From positions 1 through 60,467 of the IMG/VR virus record IMGVR_UViG_3300045988_040927: DNA of 60,467 bases; one strand, written 5' to 3'. Source of the stretch: a virus. A program made the position numbers and the translations under genes. The first letter of the stretch is position 1, and each line of letters starts with the position of its first letter. Shown one piece after another: positions 29,140 to 36,373 of the stretch. Below the pieces are notes generated by a model. The model saw only the letters and a program-made list of their open reading frames with translations, did no database searches and had not been told where the DNA came from.

Positions 29140-30591
29140 TTAGAGGTCTTCTATTTGTTTCTCTAATACTTCTAATCTTTGATTATGGATTGCCTTACGT
29201 TCTACAAATTCGTTATTTGTAATGTCGTCATTTTCCCACGAATCGAATAACTTCGACTTCTTCTTTTCTATCTTACGCTTCTCTTTGACAAGTCTGTCTA
29301 TTTGTTTCTGAATATCGTTCTCGTCTATATCTGGAGAATTTTCTATCTTTACTTCAAAGTCGTCCACATACGTACGCAACGCTTGAGTGACAGCTGCAAT
29401 AACATCCGAGGCGATTGCAGATTTAACTTTACATCCAGTAGTGTTGCTTTTGTGTACGATTCGGTTATTTCTATTTTCTTTATAAGGTTGTAAATGCATT
29501 GACTTGCCACATTTCTTACAGTACACCAAACCTGCAAGAGGGTTTTTAAGCTGCAACCCTGAACGAGTACGATCTTTGTAAAATTTCTTTTGAGCTTCTC
29601 TGAAAGTTTCCTCATCTACAAGAGCATCGTTCATGTGTTTACCATCGTATAGCATATACTGATCTGAATGATATCTTGGACGAGTTATTTTCAGTTCACC
29701 ATTGACCATCGTCTTAATACGCATACGGTTATTCCATCTAACCTTTCCCATATAAACAGGGTTTGTCAAATATGTTTTAACTGAATCTTTAGTCCAATCA
29801 GTATCACCTCTGTAAGTAGGAGCTCCCATAGCTGTTAATCGCTTAGCTATATCGTTAGTTGACAAGTTATCTTTAACTGACCATTCAAATATTTTCTTAA
29901 TGTAAGGAGCCTCAATTTCGTTAGGGACTAGTGTACGCTTTGTCTTAGTCTTTACAATATTGTATCCGTACGGACGATAAGCACCCATGTAATTTCCTTC
30001 GACTACAGCCTGCCTACGACCTCTGTCCATACGTTTGTGGATCATCTTATATTCTCTACGTGACATAAATAGTTCAAATTCCATATATTCTTCGTCTTCT
30101 TGAGAGTGCGCTACATCATATGTTTTGGTTGGAGTTACGACTAATACGCCATTATTCATATTCGAGTATTTAAGACAGTCCATAATTGTTTGGGCATCTC
30201 CTTGATTACCACGAGACAAACGAGTTACTTCAACTATGAGGATACCTTTATATTTTCCTTTGTAGCAATCTTCTAGTAATTTCTGTATCTTAGGTCTGCC
30301 AGCGATTGATTCGCCAGATTCTAACTCGGTGTATATTTCACCAATGTAAAATCCTTTTCTAGCTGCTAACTCTTCTAGCATTTTCCTATGTCTAGCTAGT
30401 GTCTCTCCTTCACCGAGTTTCTCGGCTTCTAAATCAGCTCTGGACTTCCTCAAATAAATCGCATAAACATCCATATCCAAAGCTTTAGATGTTACGTTGT
30501 TCATATCAAATGTTGTCATGGAGTCACTTCCTATATCTATGATGTACTTGCCAAGGGATAAAGTTGGCATCACCTCCTTCGCGTAATTCAC
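29140..30591 (-). CDS. int: Large serine recombinase (integrase), ending at an in-frame TAA
   Basis: Resolvase-type N-terminus (VYAIYLRKSRADLE...), recombinase domain and zinc ribbon (CKKCGKSMH...C), then a coiled coil. The start is ambiguous: GTG 30591, ATG 30570, or ATG 30519 (the last has the best SD spacing). Confidence 0.9.
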   Translation of the reverse strand: MNYAKEVMPTLSLGKYIIDIGSDSMTTFDMNNVTSKALDMDVYAIYLRKSRADLEAEKLGEGETLARHRKMLEELAARKGFYIGEIYTELESGESIAGRPKIQKLLEDCYKGKYKGILIVEVTRLSRGNQGDAQTIMDCLKYSNMNNGVLVVTPTKTYDVAHSQEDEEYMEFELFMSRREYKMIHKRMDRGRRQAVVEGNYMGAYRPYGYNIVKTKTKRTLVPNEIEAPYIKKIFEWSVKDNLSTNDIAKRLTAMGAPTYRGDTDWTKDSVKTYLTNPVYMGKVRWNNRMRIKTMVNGELKITRPRYHSDQYMLYDGKHMNDALVDEETFREAQKKFYKDRTRSGLQLKNPLAGLVYCKKCGKSMHLQPYKENRNNRIVHKSNTTGCKVKSAIASDVIAAVTQALRTYVDDFEVKIENSPDIDENDIQKQIDRLVKEKRKIEKKKSKLFDSWENDDITNNEFVERKAIHNQRLEVLEKQIEDL

Positions 30592-30606
30592 ATTCTCCTT
30601 TATGAA
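30580..30606 (+). promoter_or_regulatory. 27-bp conserved motif, copy 2
   Basis: CGCGTAATTCACATTCTCCTTTATGAA. It overlaps the integrase 5' end on the opposite strand and lies 13 nt before ATG 30620. Confidence 0.55.
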
Positions 30607-30619
30607 AGGAGTGGTTTAT

Positions 30620-30832
30620 ATGTTTGATAAAAAATATAAAAAGACTTTAGAAATACTTGACAGCGAAAATGAAATGTATTATAGGTTGTATCTCAAATAT
30701 TTAGATTTAGCAGATACTTCAAAGGATGAGAAATCAAAAATATGGCATTTGGATAAAGCTAGCGAGTATCGTGAAGTATTTATAGCATTATCAGATTTTA
30801 AAAAAAAACTTTATAAAGAGATGGAGTCCTAA
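30620..30832 (+). CDS. Small hypothetical protein between integrase and repressor
   Basis: 70 aa from ATG 30620, 8 nt after AAAGGAG. A motif copy lies at 30580 and a terminator overlaps the stop. Confidence 0.5.
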   Translation: MFDKKYKKTLEILDSENEMYYRLYLKYLDLADTSKDEKSKIWHLDKASEYREVFIALSDFKKKLYKEMES

Positions 30833-30849
30833 CAAGGGCTCTTTCTTTT
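30824..30849 (+). terminator. Terminator overlapping the stop codon (GAGTCC-TAACAA-GGGCTC module)
   Basis: The hairpin includes the TAA stop; a TTTCTTTT run follows. Confidence 0.6.
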
Positions 30850-31234
30850 ATTTTTGTCTCTGCGAAATTAAGAATCTGCCATACTCCATTAACTTTTCAT
30901 GTTCCTCATCGGTAAAAGGGTCCATGCCAAACGCCTTATGCCAAGCCTCTACATGCCTCACATAAGTCTCGTTTACGGACGAATATACAGCCTCTTCTTC
31001 TCCGTCTGATATTTTTGTAGATAGCATCTCTTTAGTGTTCCATCCCATCAAATGAGCAGGAGTCGTATCTAATGCTTCAGCAAGTGGATTGAGAATACCT
31101 AATGGTAGATTCTCAATATCACCATTCTCATATCTATATATTGTGGTCCTATTCTTACCTAACTTTTCAGCAAGATCATCAATCGACAGACCTCGCTTCG
31201 TTCGTAATAATTTTATTCGTTTTCCTATAGACAT
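30848..31234 (-). CDS. CI-like repressor (XRE-family HTH)
   Basis: KRIKLLRTKRGLSIDDLAEKLGKNRTTIYRYENG is a classic HTH_3 sequence. It is divergent from the early + strand genes. Confidence 0.85.
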   Translation of the reverse strand: MSIGKRIKLLRTKRGLSIDDLAEKLGKNRTTIYRYENGDIENLPLGILNPLAEALDTTPAHLMGWNTKEMLSTKISDGEEEAVYSSVNETYVRHVEAWHKAFGMDPFTDEEHEKLMEYGRFLISQRQK

Positions 31235-31261
31235 TATCTTGTCTCCTTTCTAACAATAATT

Positions 31262-31290
31262 ATCATATACTAATATTTGCACATGTGCAA
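31262..31290 (-). promoter_or_regulatory. Sigma-A-like leftward promoter for the repressor gene
   Basis: On the - strand: TTGCAC, 17 nt, TATGAT. The -35 element lies inside the 16-bp palindrome. Confidence 0.45.
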
Positions 31291-31291
31291 A
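31276..31291. promoter_or_regulatory. Operator-like perfect palindrome TTTGCACATGTGCAAA
   Basis: A perfect 16-bp palindrome. Related half-sites TTGCA/TGCAA recur at 31318-31333 (TTGCATATTATGCGAA) and 31379-31395 (TTGCACGAAACGCAA). Confidence 0.55.
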
Positions 31292-31300
31292 CAAAATGCA

Positions 31301-31311
31301 AACCTAGATTA
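31301..31311 (+). promoter_or_regulatory. AACCTAGATTA box, copy 1
   Basis: Exact 11-mer, located in the switch region. Confidence 0.4.
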
Positions 31312-31342
31312 AATTTATTGCATATTATGCGAAAAAAATGTA

Positions 31343-31372
31343 TTGACAGAAAAATTGGAATGGTGTTATCTT
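31343..31372 (+). promoter_or_regulatory. Sigma-A-like rightward early promoter
   Basis: TTGACA (31343-31348), an 18-nt spacer containing TG, then TATCTT (31367-31372). It is upstream of GTG 31405. Confidence 0.55.
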
Positions 31373-31404
31373 TTATTTGTTGCACGAAACGCAACTAGAA
31401 AGAG

Positions 31405-31590
31405 GTGTATGCATTGGATGCAAATAAATTGATTTTTAAGATTTTTGAAAAGAGTTTACATGTTGATACAGCTGCTGAACTATATAAAAAGGTTTCTCGT
31501 GACGAGGCAATAACCATTAGCGAAGCACTTAAATTGAAAGAGCTATTGAATTTAACAGATTTAGAAGCAATTGATATTTTCTTATCTTAG
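31405..31590 (+). CDS. Early small protein in the Cro position
   Basis: 61 aa with a GTG start after AGAAAGAGG. It is the first gene downstream of the sigma-A-like rightward promoter. Confidence 0.4.
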   Translation: MYALDANKLIFKIFEKSLHVDTAAELYKKVSRDEAITISEALKLKELLNLTDLEAIDIFLS

Positions 31591-31602
31591 AGGTGTTTGC
31601 AC

Positions 31603-31731
31603 ATGAAAACATACAGATTTAAAAACGCTATCGTACGTATCCATGGCGAGGTGAATAAGAAACGACTTGAAAAGGCGACTATTAAACTTGTCAAAGGAAC
31701 TATGAAATATAAGAGAGGAGTTAATAAGTAA
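31603..31731 (+). CDS. Small basic protein (42 aa)
   Basis: ATG 31603 follows GAGGTG. The TAATG overlap couples it to the next gene. It is not in the ORF track because it is under 60 aa. Confidence 0.45.
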   Translation: MKTYRFKNAIVRIHGEVNKKRLEKATIKLVKGTMKYKRGVNK

Positions 31732-32144
31732 TGGGTACAGTTATTCGTCCAGAGATTTCAAAGAAGAATAAATATTGGATCGACAAACATAGACACTATG
31801 AACTAAAACATTTCTGCTTACAGTATCCTACATGGAAACGAGTCTATAAGGACAGTCCTAAGATATCATTATCCGTATATGAGGATATTCCTAGCAATAA
31901 TGAGCCTGGAGATCCAACAGCCAGACAAGCAGTTAGACGAGCACAATACTTAGAACGTATCAATTTAATTGAACGTACGGCTAAAGATGCCGACAATGAA
32001 CTACATAATTATATTTTAAAAGCTGTAACAGAAGGTCTATCCTACACACACTTGAAATCGAAGTTTGATATACCATGTGGCAAAGACTTGTATTACGACA
32101 GGTACAGACGATTCTTCTGGTTATTAGATGAATTAAGAGATTGA
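31731..32144 (+). CDS. Putative sigma-like / late transcription regulator (region-4-like C-terminal HTH)
   Basis: 137 aa. Contains YELKHFCLQYPTWK and a C-terminal GLSYTHLKSKFDIPCGKDLYYDRYRRFFWLL, reminiscent of ArpU/RinA/sigma-r4-type phage regulators (from memory). Confidence 0.4.
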   Translation: MGTVIRPEISKKNKYWIDKHRHYELKHFCLQYPTWKRVYKDSPKISLSVYEDIPSNNEPGDPTARQAVRRAQYLERINLIERTAKDADNELHNYILKAVTEGLSYTHLKSKFDIPCGKDLYYDRYRRFFWLLDELRD

Positions 32145-32160
32145 TATTTTAGGAGGAGTA

Positions 32161-32391
32161 ATGATGGTAGGTAAAACTAAAAGAGAGATTAGAAATAAGA
32201 CGAGACTAGCTTATTGCCTAGTTGATATTTTGGAGTATGACATCGACAATCTTAAGAACGAGGCATATGATTGCGATCCAAATATTCTTATGGAAACTGT
32301 TCAAGAGACCAAAACAACACTACAGAATATTGTAGATATTATTACCGAACTGGAATACATCTTATATTTAGAGAAACTTAAGGAGTCCTAA
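32161..32391 (+). CDS. Hypothetical protein
   Basis: 76 aa with an AGGAGGAG SD. The stop is embedded in a terminator hairpin. Confidence 0.5.
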   Translation: MMVGKTKREIRNKTRLAYCLVDILEYDIDNLKNEAYDCDPNILMETVQETKTTLQNIVDIITELEYILYLEKLKES

Positions 32392-32408
32392 CAAGGACTC
32401 TTTTTTTT
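32383..32408 (+). terminator. Terminator overlapping the stop codon (GAGTCC-TAACAA-GGACTC module)
   Basis: Perfect 6-bp stem followed by T8. Confidence 0.7.
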
Positions 32409-32409
32409 G

Positions 32410-32436
32410 CGCGAAATTAACAGGGTGTATTATGGG
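32410..32436 (+). promoter_or_regulatory. 27-bp conserved motif, copy 3
   Basis: CGCGAAATTAACAGGGTGTATTATGGG. It abuts a terminator T-run and lies 33 nt before ATG 32470. Confidence 0.6.
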
Positions 32437-32469
32437 AAACCAATAATTATATTTTAAGGAGATTATACT

Positions 32470-32643
32470 ATGAGCATTTTTAAGAAAACTTTTGAAATCA
32501 CAGAGATTCATGAGGACGGTAGTCAATTGACTCATCAACTTAAAGGATCAAAGAGATCAATCAAAAAAGACATTAAAATGTATCAGGACATTTCAAAAAA
32601 CTATTTAATGGTTGGGACAGATGGAATGATCGTGTGGGCTTAA
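32470..32643 (+). CDS. Small hypothetical protein (57 aa)
   Basis: AAGGAG SD with a motif copy 33 nt upstream. Not in the ORF track. Confidence 0.45.
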   Translation: MSIFKKTFEITEIHEDGSQLTHQLKGSKRSIKKDIKMYQDISKNYLMVGTDGMIVWA

Positions 32644-32668
32644 CCGCCTGCATGATCTTTTCTTTTTT

Positions 32669-32679
32669 AACCTAGATTA
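32669..32679 (+). promoter_or_regulatory. AACCTAGATTA box, copy 2
   Basis: Exact 11-mer directly after a T-run and 8 nt before motif copy 4. Confidence 0.4.
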
Positions 32680-32686
32680 GAATCTC

Positions 32687-32713
32687 CGCAGTATATACAA
32701 CTCCTATTATGAG
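32687..32713 (+). promoter_or_regulatory. 27-bp conserved motif, copy 4
   Basis: CGCAGTATATACAACTCCTATTATGAG, 15 nt before ATG 32729. Confidence 0.55.
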
Positions 32714-32728
32714 AGGAGGTGAAATCCG

Positions 32729-32902
32729 ATGTTCGAAAAGATTGATCCATCCTTTGTGGCGATTATCAAAGAGAGAAGAGAAAATGGAACCTTGGCTATA
32801 ACAGCCGGTTCAATAATCGCTTTTGGTGTAGCGATTGGAGCTATAGCTATATATGATAGCATAGTCAAAAATCAAAACGCCAAAGACAAAAAGAAGGAAT
32901 AG
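32729..32902 (+). CDS. Small single-pass membrane protein (57 aa)
   Basis: GAGGAGGTG SD. TM helix LAITAGSIIAFGVAIGAIAIY and a K-rich tail. Not in the ORF track. Confidence 0.5.
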   Translation: MFEKIDPSFVAIIKERRENGTLAITAGSIIAFGVAIGAIAIYDSIVKNQNAKDKKKE

Positions 32903-32912
32903 CAGTACTTCT

Positions 32913-32949
32913 AGAGCCTGGTTAAACCTGGGCTCTTATCTTTTGTTTT
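32913..32949 (+). terminator. Intrinsic terminator
   Basis: AGAGCC...GGCTCT followed by TATCTTTTGTTTT. Confidence 0.5.
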
Positions 32950-32975
32950 CTACCAAACTTAGAAGGGTGAGACAG

Positions 32976-33728
32976 ATGAACAAAACAATTTACAAAGTTA
33001 AAGGATTTTTGAAACATCAGTCTCCAACGATCTTGACTTGTGTTGGGGCTGCCGGTGTGGTTGTGACTTCAGTGATGACCGCTAAGGCAACTATCAAAGC
33101 AACAAAATTATTAGAAAAAGCTGAGACAGAGAAGGGAGAAAACTTGACGAAGAAGGAGAAATTTAAAGTAGCAGCACCAGCTTATATTCCTACAGTTATT
33201 GTCGGCGTATCCACAATCGCTTGTATCTTTGGGTCTAATGCTCTTAATAAACGTAAGCAGGCGGCCTTAGTCAGCGCTTATAAAGTACTGGACCGATCTT
33301 ATAAAGAATATAGAGAAAAGGTTGAAGAGGTTTACGGCGAAGGTGCTGATAAAGTTATTAGAAAAGAAATTGCCAAAGATAAGTACGAACAGCAGAAACC
33401 AAAAGACACTGGTAAGGAACTGTTCTATGACGATTTCTCTAGACGATATTTTGAGTCAACAAAAGAAGATATTTTGGCTGCTGAGTATGAAATTAACAAA
33501 CGATTAGCGTATCATGGCGGAGCATGTTTGAATGAGTTCTATCAATTGGTTGGCTTAGGTCCGGTTACAGACGGAAAAGAGACTGGATGGAATACGGGAC
33601 AAATGATGGATATGTATTGGGATGCTTGGTTAGAGTTTTATCACGAGGATGTAGAATTACGTGATGGACGTAAATGTACAAATTTATATTTTACTGAACC
33701 AGTATTAGACTTCGAAAATTACTGTTAA
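32976..33728 (+). CDS. Two-TM membrane protein, paralogue 1 of 4 (DUF6353-like family, from memory)
   Basis: ATG 32976; the ORF-track start at 32943 lies inside a terminator. TM hairpin: SPTILTCVGAAGVVVTSVMTAKAT and YIPTVIVGVSTIACIFGSNALNKRKQAAL. C-terminal motif LNEFYQLVGL..G..GW. Confidence 0.7.
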   Translation: MNKTIYKVKGFLKHQSPTILTCVGAAGVVVTSVMTAKATIKATKLLEKAETEKGENLTKKEKFKVAAPAYIPTVIVGVSTIACIFGSNALNKRKQAALVSAYKVLDRSYKEYREKVEEVYGEGADKVIRKEIAKDKYEQQKPKDTGKELFYDDFSRRYFESTKEDILAAEYEINKRLAYHGGACLNEFYQLVGLGPVTDGKETGWNTGQMMDMYWDAWLEFYHEDVELRDGRKCTNLYFTEPVLDFENYC

Positions 33729-33731
33729 GTA

Positions 33732-33758
33732 CGCATAAATAACACGCTCCTTTATGAA
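33732..33758 (+). promoter_or_regulatory. 27-bp conserved motif, copy 5
   Basis: CGCATAAATAACACGCTCCTTTATGAA, 13 nt before ATG 33772. Confidence 0.6.
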
Positions 33759-33771
33759 AGGAGTGATATTT

Positions 33772-33933
33772 ATGTTTAAGAAAGAAACAAAGTATATCTT
33801 AGGCACAGCGATTATTGGAGTAGTAATGTTTACCATTGGATATGGTAATGCCCAATACTACAAAGGTCGAATTGATATGGCTAACGATGTAATGAATACT
33901 ATTAAAAACATAAACGTTACCACTATTAAATAA
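33772..33933 (+). CDS. Small single-pass membrane protein (53 aa)
   Basis: AAAGGAGTG SD. TM helix YILGTAIIGVVMFTIGY. Not in the ORF track. Confidence 0.5.
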   Translation: MFKKETKYILGTAIIGVVMFTIGYGNAQYYKGRIDMANDVMNTIKNINVTTIK

Positions 33934-33939
33934 GAGATT

Positions 33940-33965
33940 GAGCCTTACATAGGCTCTTTCTTTTT
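33940..33965 (+). terminator. Intrinsic terminator
   Basis: GAGCCT-tacat-AGGCTC followed by TTTCTTTTT. Confidence 0.65.
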
Positions 33966-33970
33966 ATATT

Positions 33971-33997
33971 CGCAAAAATAACATAGCACTTTATGAA
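33971..33997 (+). promoter_or_regulatory. 27-bp conserved motif, copy 6
   Basis: CGCAAAAATAACATAGCACTTTATGAA. It follows a terminator and lies 14 nt before ATG 34012. Confidence 0.6.
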
Positions 33998-34011
33998 AGG
34001 AGTGATGTTTA

Positions 34012-34341
34012 ATGAAAACATTAAGCAAATATGCAAGACTATTTGACAACACAAATGTAAATTGGAATGCCAATGTGTTAGATAGTCGGAGGTTTTTAAA
34101 GTGTGTAGAACGCTATGCTAATGACCTTTTGAAACGCAGAGGAACAATATTTTTAAATGACATTTATGAAATGTTGGGATTCGAAAGAACGCAAACAGGT
34201 CAAGTTGTAGGGTGGCACTATTCTAAAGAAAATCCGATTGGCGATAATATGGTTAAATTTGATTTGCATGGAGGGAAAAAAGGTAGTATTGAAATAGACT
34301 TTAATGTTGATGGAAGCGTCATTAATTATTTAAAGGATTAG
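34012..34341 (+). CDS. Stand-alone copy of the C-terminal domain of the paralogue family (no TM region)
   Basis: FLNDIYEMLGFERTQTGQVVGWHY...IEIDFNVDGSVINYL aligns with the C-terminus of 39828..40835 (FLNEVYEMLGIPATKAGQVVGWIY...ILLDFNVDGYILDKV). Confidence 0.65.
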   Translation: MKTLSKYARLFDNTNVNWNANVLDSRRFLKCVERYANDLLKRRGTIFLNDIYEMLGFERTQTGQVVGWHYSKENPIGDNMVKFDLHGGKKGSIEIDFNVDGSVINYLKD

Positions 34342-34363
34342 CCAGCAATGGCTTTTCCTTTTC
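34340..34363 (+). terminator. Terminator overlapping the stop codon (AGCCA-GCAA-TGGCT module)
   Basis: The TAG stop is part of the 5' context; TTTCCTTTT follows. Confidence 0.6.
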
Positions 34364-34370
34364 ATATTTT

Positions 34371-34381
34371 AACCTAGATTA
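34371..34381 (+). promoter_or_regulatory. AACCTAGATTA box, copy 3
   Basis: Exact 11-mer after a terminator. It lies upstream of gene 34486, which lacks the 27-bp motif. Confidence 0.4.
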
Positions 34382-34485
34382 AAAAGTACCGTACGTAGGT
34401 TACCGTAAACCATGCTAAATTAATATCATAAAAATTCCCGGTGGGATATTTCATAAAAACATTTTAGAAAGGAGAGTGATTTGGT

Positions 34486-34746
34486 TTGTCATTATTTACA
34501 TACGTATGCCTTGGTTTATTAATCATCGCATGCCTCGTTATAGCAGTGTTAGCGATTCAGATTTCAATACTTAAGTCACGATTAAGCAAAGATCCAATAG
34601 GTGTGCTTAAAATCGATAGTTCTGACATCGTAGATGGACCTCTATTATTTTTGGAATTGAATCGAGACGTTGACACAGTGAAGCTAATGCACGATAAAGA
34701 AATAATGTTAAAAGTTGATGCCACAGACTTCGTTTCGCACAAATAA
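34486..34746 (+). CDS. Single-pass membrane protein
   Basis: TTG start after AAAGGAGAGTG, with an N-terminal TM helix (VCLGLLIIACLVIAVLAIQISIL). Confidence 0.5.
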   Translation: MSLFTYVCLGLLIIACLVIAVLAIQISILKSRLSKDPIGVLKIDSSDIVDGPLLFLELNRDVDTVKLMHDKEIMLKVDATDFVSHK

Positions 34747-34762
34747 CACTTTCTATTATGGA
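34736..34762 (+). promoter_or_regulatory. 27-bp conserved motif, copy 7
   Basis: CGCACAAATAACACTTTCTATTATGGA. It overlaps the stop of 34486..34746 and lies 41 nt before ATG 34804. Confidence 0.55.
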
Positions 34763-34803
34763 AGGCCATTTAAAATCAATATTTTAGAAAGGAGAAATTA
34801 TAA

Positions 34804-35211
34804 ATGGACGAAATTAGAGGTTTGTTAGGAGAGGAAATTAAAGACGAGATTCAAGAAATATCCTCTTTAGAAGCTGGAAGCGAAGCGAAATCAAAAGCAA
34901 TTGAAGATGTAGCGAAACTTTACAGATTACGAATCGAAGAAATCAAGGCGGAAACGGAGAAGATTGATGCTCAGAAACGTGTCGAACTCGAAGAAAAGAA
35001 GAGAGACGATTCGATTAAGAGTGAAGAACTTCAACGTGAAAACCAAAAGATTGATCGATGGGTAAATGTAGGGTTACAAGCTGGTCTTATGATTGGCGGT
35101 TGGATCGTTTACGATATTTGGCAACGAAGAGGACTTAAGTTTGAAGAGAACGGCGTAGTTGCCTCGCCTTGGACAAGAAATCTAATGTCTAAGATGTTCC
35201 CTAGAAAGTAA
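34804..35211 (+). CDS. Coiled-coil protein with a C-terminal TM helix
   Basis: 135 aa with an AAAGGAG SD, an E/K-rich coil, then VNVGLQAGLMIGGWIVYDIW. Confidence 0.55.
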   Translation: MDEIRGLLGEEIKDEIQEISSLEAGSEAKSKAIEDVAKLYRLRIEEIKAETEKIDAQKRVELEEKKRDDSIKSEELQRENQKIDRWVNVGLQAGLMIGGWIVYDIWQRRGLKFEENGVVASPWTRNLMSKMFPRK

Positions 35212-35238
35212 GATTTCAAATGAACTAAAAAGCGAATC

Positions 35239-35270
35239 GTACGTGTGAAATACATGTACTTTTCGTTTTT
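35239..35270 (+). terminator. Intrinsic terminator
   Basis: GTACGTGT-gaaat-ACATGTAC followed by TTTTCGTTTTT. Confidence 0.65.
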
Positions 35271-35286
35271 ATCCTTGGAGTTGCTT

Positions 35287-35646
35287 ATGCGATATTACTA
35301 TAAAAAGCCATCTTTTTACAAATCTATATATGGTGAATGCTACAAATGCAATCATCCTGTATATAACGAATGCACATTATTTAAAATCGGAGACAAAGGA
35401 TTGGCTGTCATTCAGCAGAGATTTGACAAATTAACAAAGTGCACACGATGGAGTAAATTAGATCCTTGGTTAACTAACGATTTATATTTGCATCCTCTAT
35501 TTAAAAAGTTCTTTGATGATCGTGCAGGTGAGGCTACAGACGGATTATATCCTACAGTTACTGTCCGTCAAATTATGTGGGCTTTGAAGATGAAACCTCT
35601 TCCTAGAGAACGATGGGAAACTGTATTCGACAGAAAAAATATCTAA
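35287..35646 (+). CDS. Hypothetical Cys-containing protein
   Basis: ATG 35287 lies 6 nt after GGAG. The ORF-track start at 35245 lies inside terminator 35239..35270. Confidence 0.55.
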   Translation: MRYYYKKPSFYKSIYGECYKCNHPVYNECTLFKIGDKGLAVIQQRFDKLTKCTRWSKLDPWLTNDLYLHPLFKKFFDDRAGEATDGLYPTVTVRQIMWALKMKPLPRERWETVFDRKNI

Positions 35647-35649
35647 GTT

Positions 35650-35676
35650 CGCAAAATTTACATGTCCCTTTATGAA
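35650..35676 (+). promoter_or_regulatory. 27-bp conserved motif, copy 8
   Basis: CGCAAAATTTACATGTCCCTTTATGAA, 23 nt before ATG 35700. Confidence 0.6.
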
Positions 35677-35699
35677 CTAAATGAAAGGGGTTTTATTCT

Positions 35700-35882
35700 A
35701 TGAAATCTATATTTAAAAAACGTAAAGAAAGAAAATTAGTAATGGCTAAATCATATTTAACATTAGCCGATGGTTTACTTAAAGTCGCAGACGATCTCGA
35801 TGAGGGCGATCCTAAACGATTGGAGTATACCTACGAGGCATTTAAATATATGACTAAGGCTTTTAAACTGATTAACTGTTAA
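35700..35882 (+). CDS. Small hypothetical protein
   Basis: 60 aa with an AAAGGGG SD and a motif copy 23 nt upstream. Confidence 0.45.
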   Translation: MKSIFKKRKERKLVMAKSYLTLADGLLKVADDLDEGDPKRLEYTYEAFKYMTKAFKLINC

Positions 35883-35931
35883 AAACGTTTAAAATTCATC
35901 ACCGAATAAATCTAATTTTAATCGAAAGAAT

Positions 35932-35956
35932 GGGTCAGCAATGACTCTTTCTTTTT
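35932..35956 (+). terminator. Intrinsic terminator
   Basis: GGGTCA-gcaa-TGACTC followed by TTTCTTTTT. Confidence 0.6.
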
Positions 35957-35957
35957 A

Positions 35958-35984
35958 CGCAAAATTTACATGTCCTCTAATGAG
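35958..35984 (+). promoter_or_regulatory. 27-bp conserved motif, copy 9
   Basis: CGCAAAATTTACATGTCCTCTAATGAG. It abuts a terminator T-run and lies 23 nt before ATG 36008. Confidence 0.6.
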
Positions 35985-36007
35985 ATAACTCAAAGGAGGA
36001 GTTTACA

Positions 36008-36235
36008 ATGATGGATATTTTGAAATTAAAGCTATCTACAAAATTTATGAAAGGAATTGCAGCCAAAGTATTATCAAGAAACATTTACAAAAAGTTAGGA
36101 TACAAGATTGATATTCAGCTTAATGATGTACAGCTTGATGTTATTGACGGTGAAGTAAAATTTCATATTGATGCAGATGGCAAAATGAACAAAACCGAAT
36201 TCAGTAGACTTATGGAAGATATCGGAGAGGATTAG
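36008..36235 (+). CDS. Small hypothetical protein
   Basis: 75 aa with an AAAGGAGGAG SD. A motif copy lies upstream and a terminator overlaps the stop. Confidence 0.5.
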   Translation: MMDILKLKLSTKFMKGIAAKVLSRNIYKKLGYKIDIQLNDVQLDVIDGEVKFHIDADGKMNKTEFSRLMEDIGED

Positions 36236-36257
36236 CCAGCAATGGCTTTTCCTTTTT
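36234..36257 (+). terminator. Terminator overlapping the stop codon (AGCCA-GCAA-TGGCT module, second copy)
   Basis: The same ~29-bp string as at 34334..34362. Confidence 0.6.
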
Positions 36258-36258
36258 A

Positions 36259-36285
36259 CGCGAAATTTGCAAATACTATTATGAG
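36259..36285 (+). promoter_or_regulatory. 27-bp conserved motif, copy 10
   Basis: CGCGAAATTTGCAAATACTATTATGAG. It abuts a terminator T-run, with an 88-nt structured leader before ATG 36374. Confidence 0.55.
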
Positions 36286-36373
36286 AACAGGTCTGGAGAA
36301 ACCTATATGGTTATTGTGAAATCACGTTCGATTCGTGAGCCTATTCTTTTAATTTTTTGAAAGGAGTAAACCA

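Noticed and set aside
29140-29142. Stop-codon reassignment (TAA read as sense) to explain the interrupted integrase.
   Set aside because: TAA terminates many well-supported genes in this window, and TAG and TGA are also used as stops. A nonsense mutation or variant is the simpler explanation.
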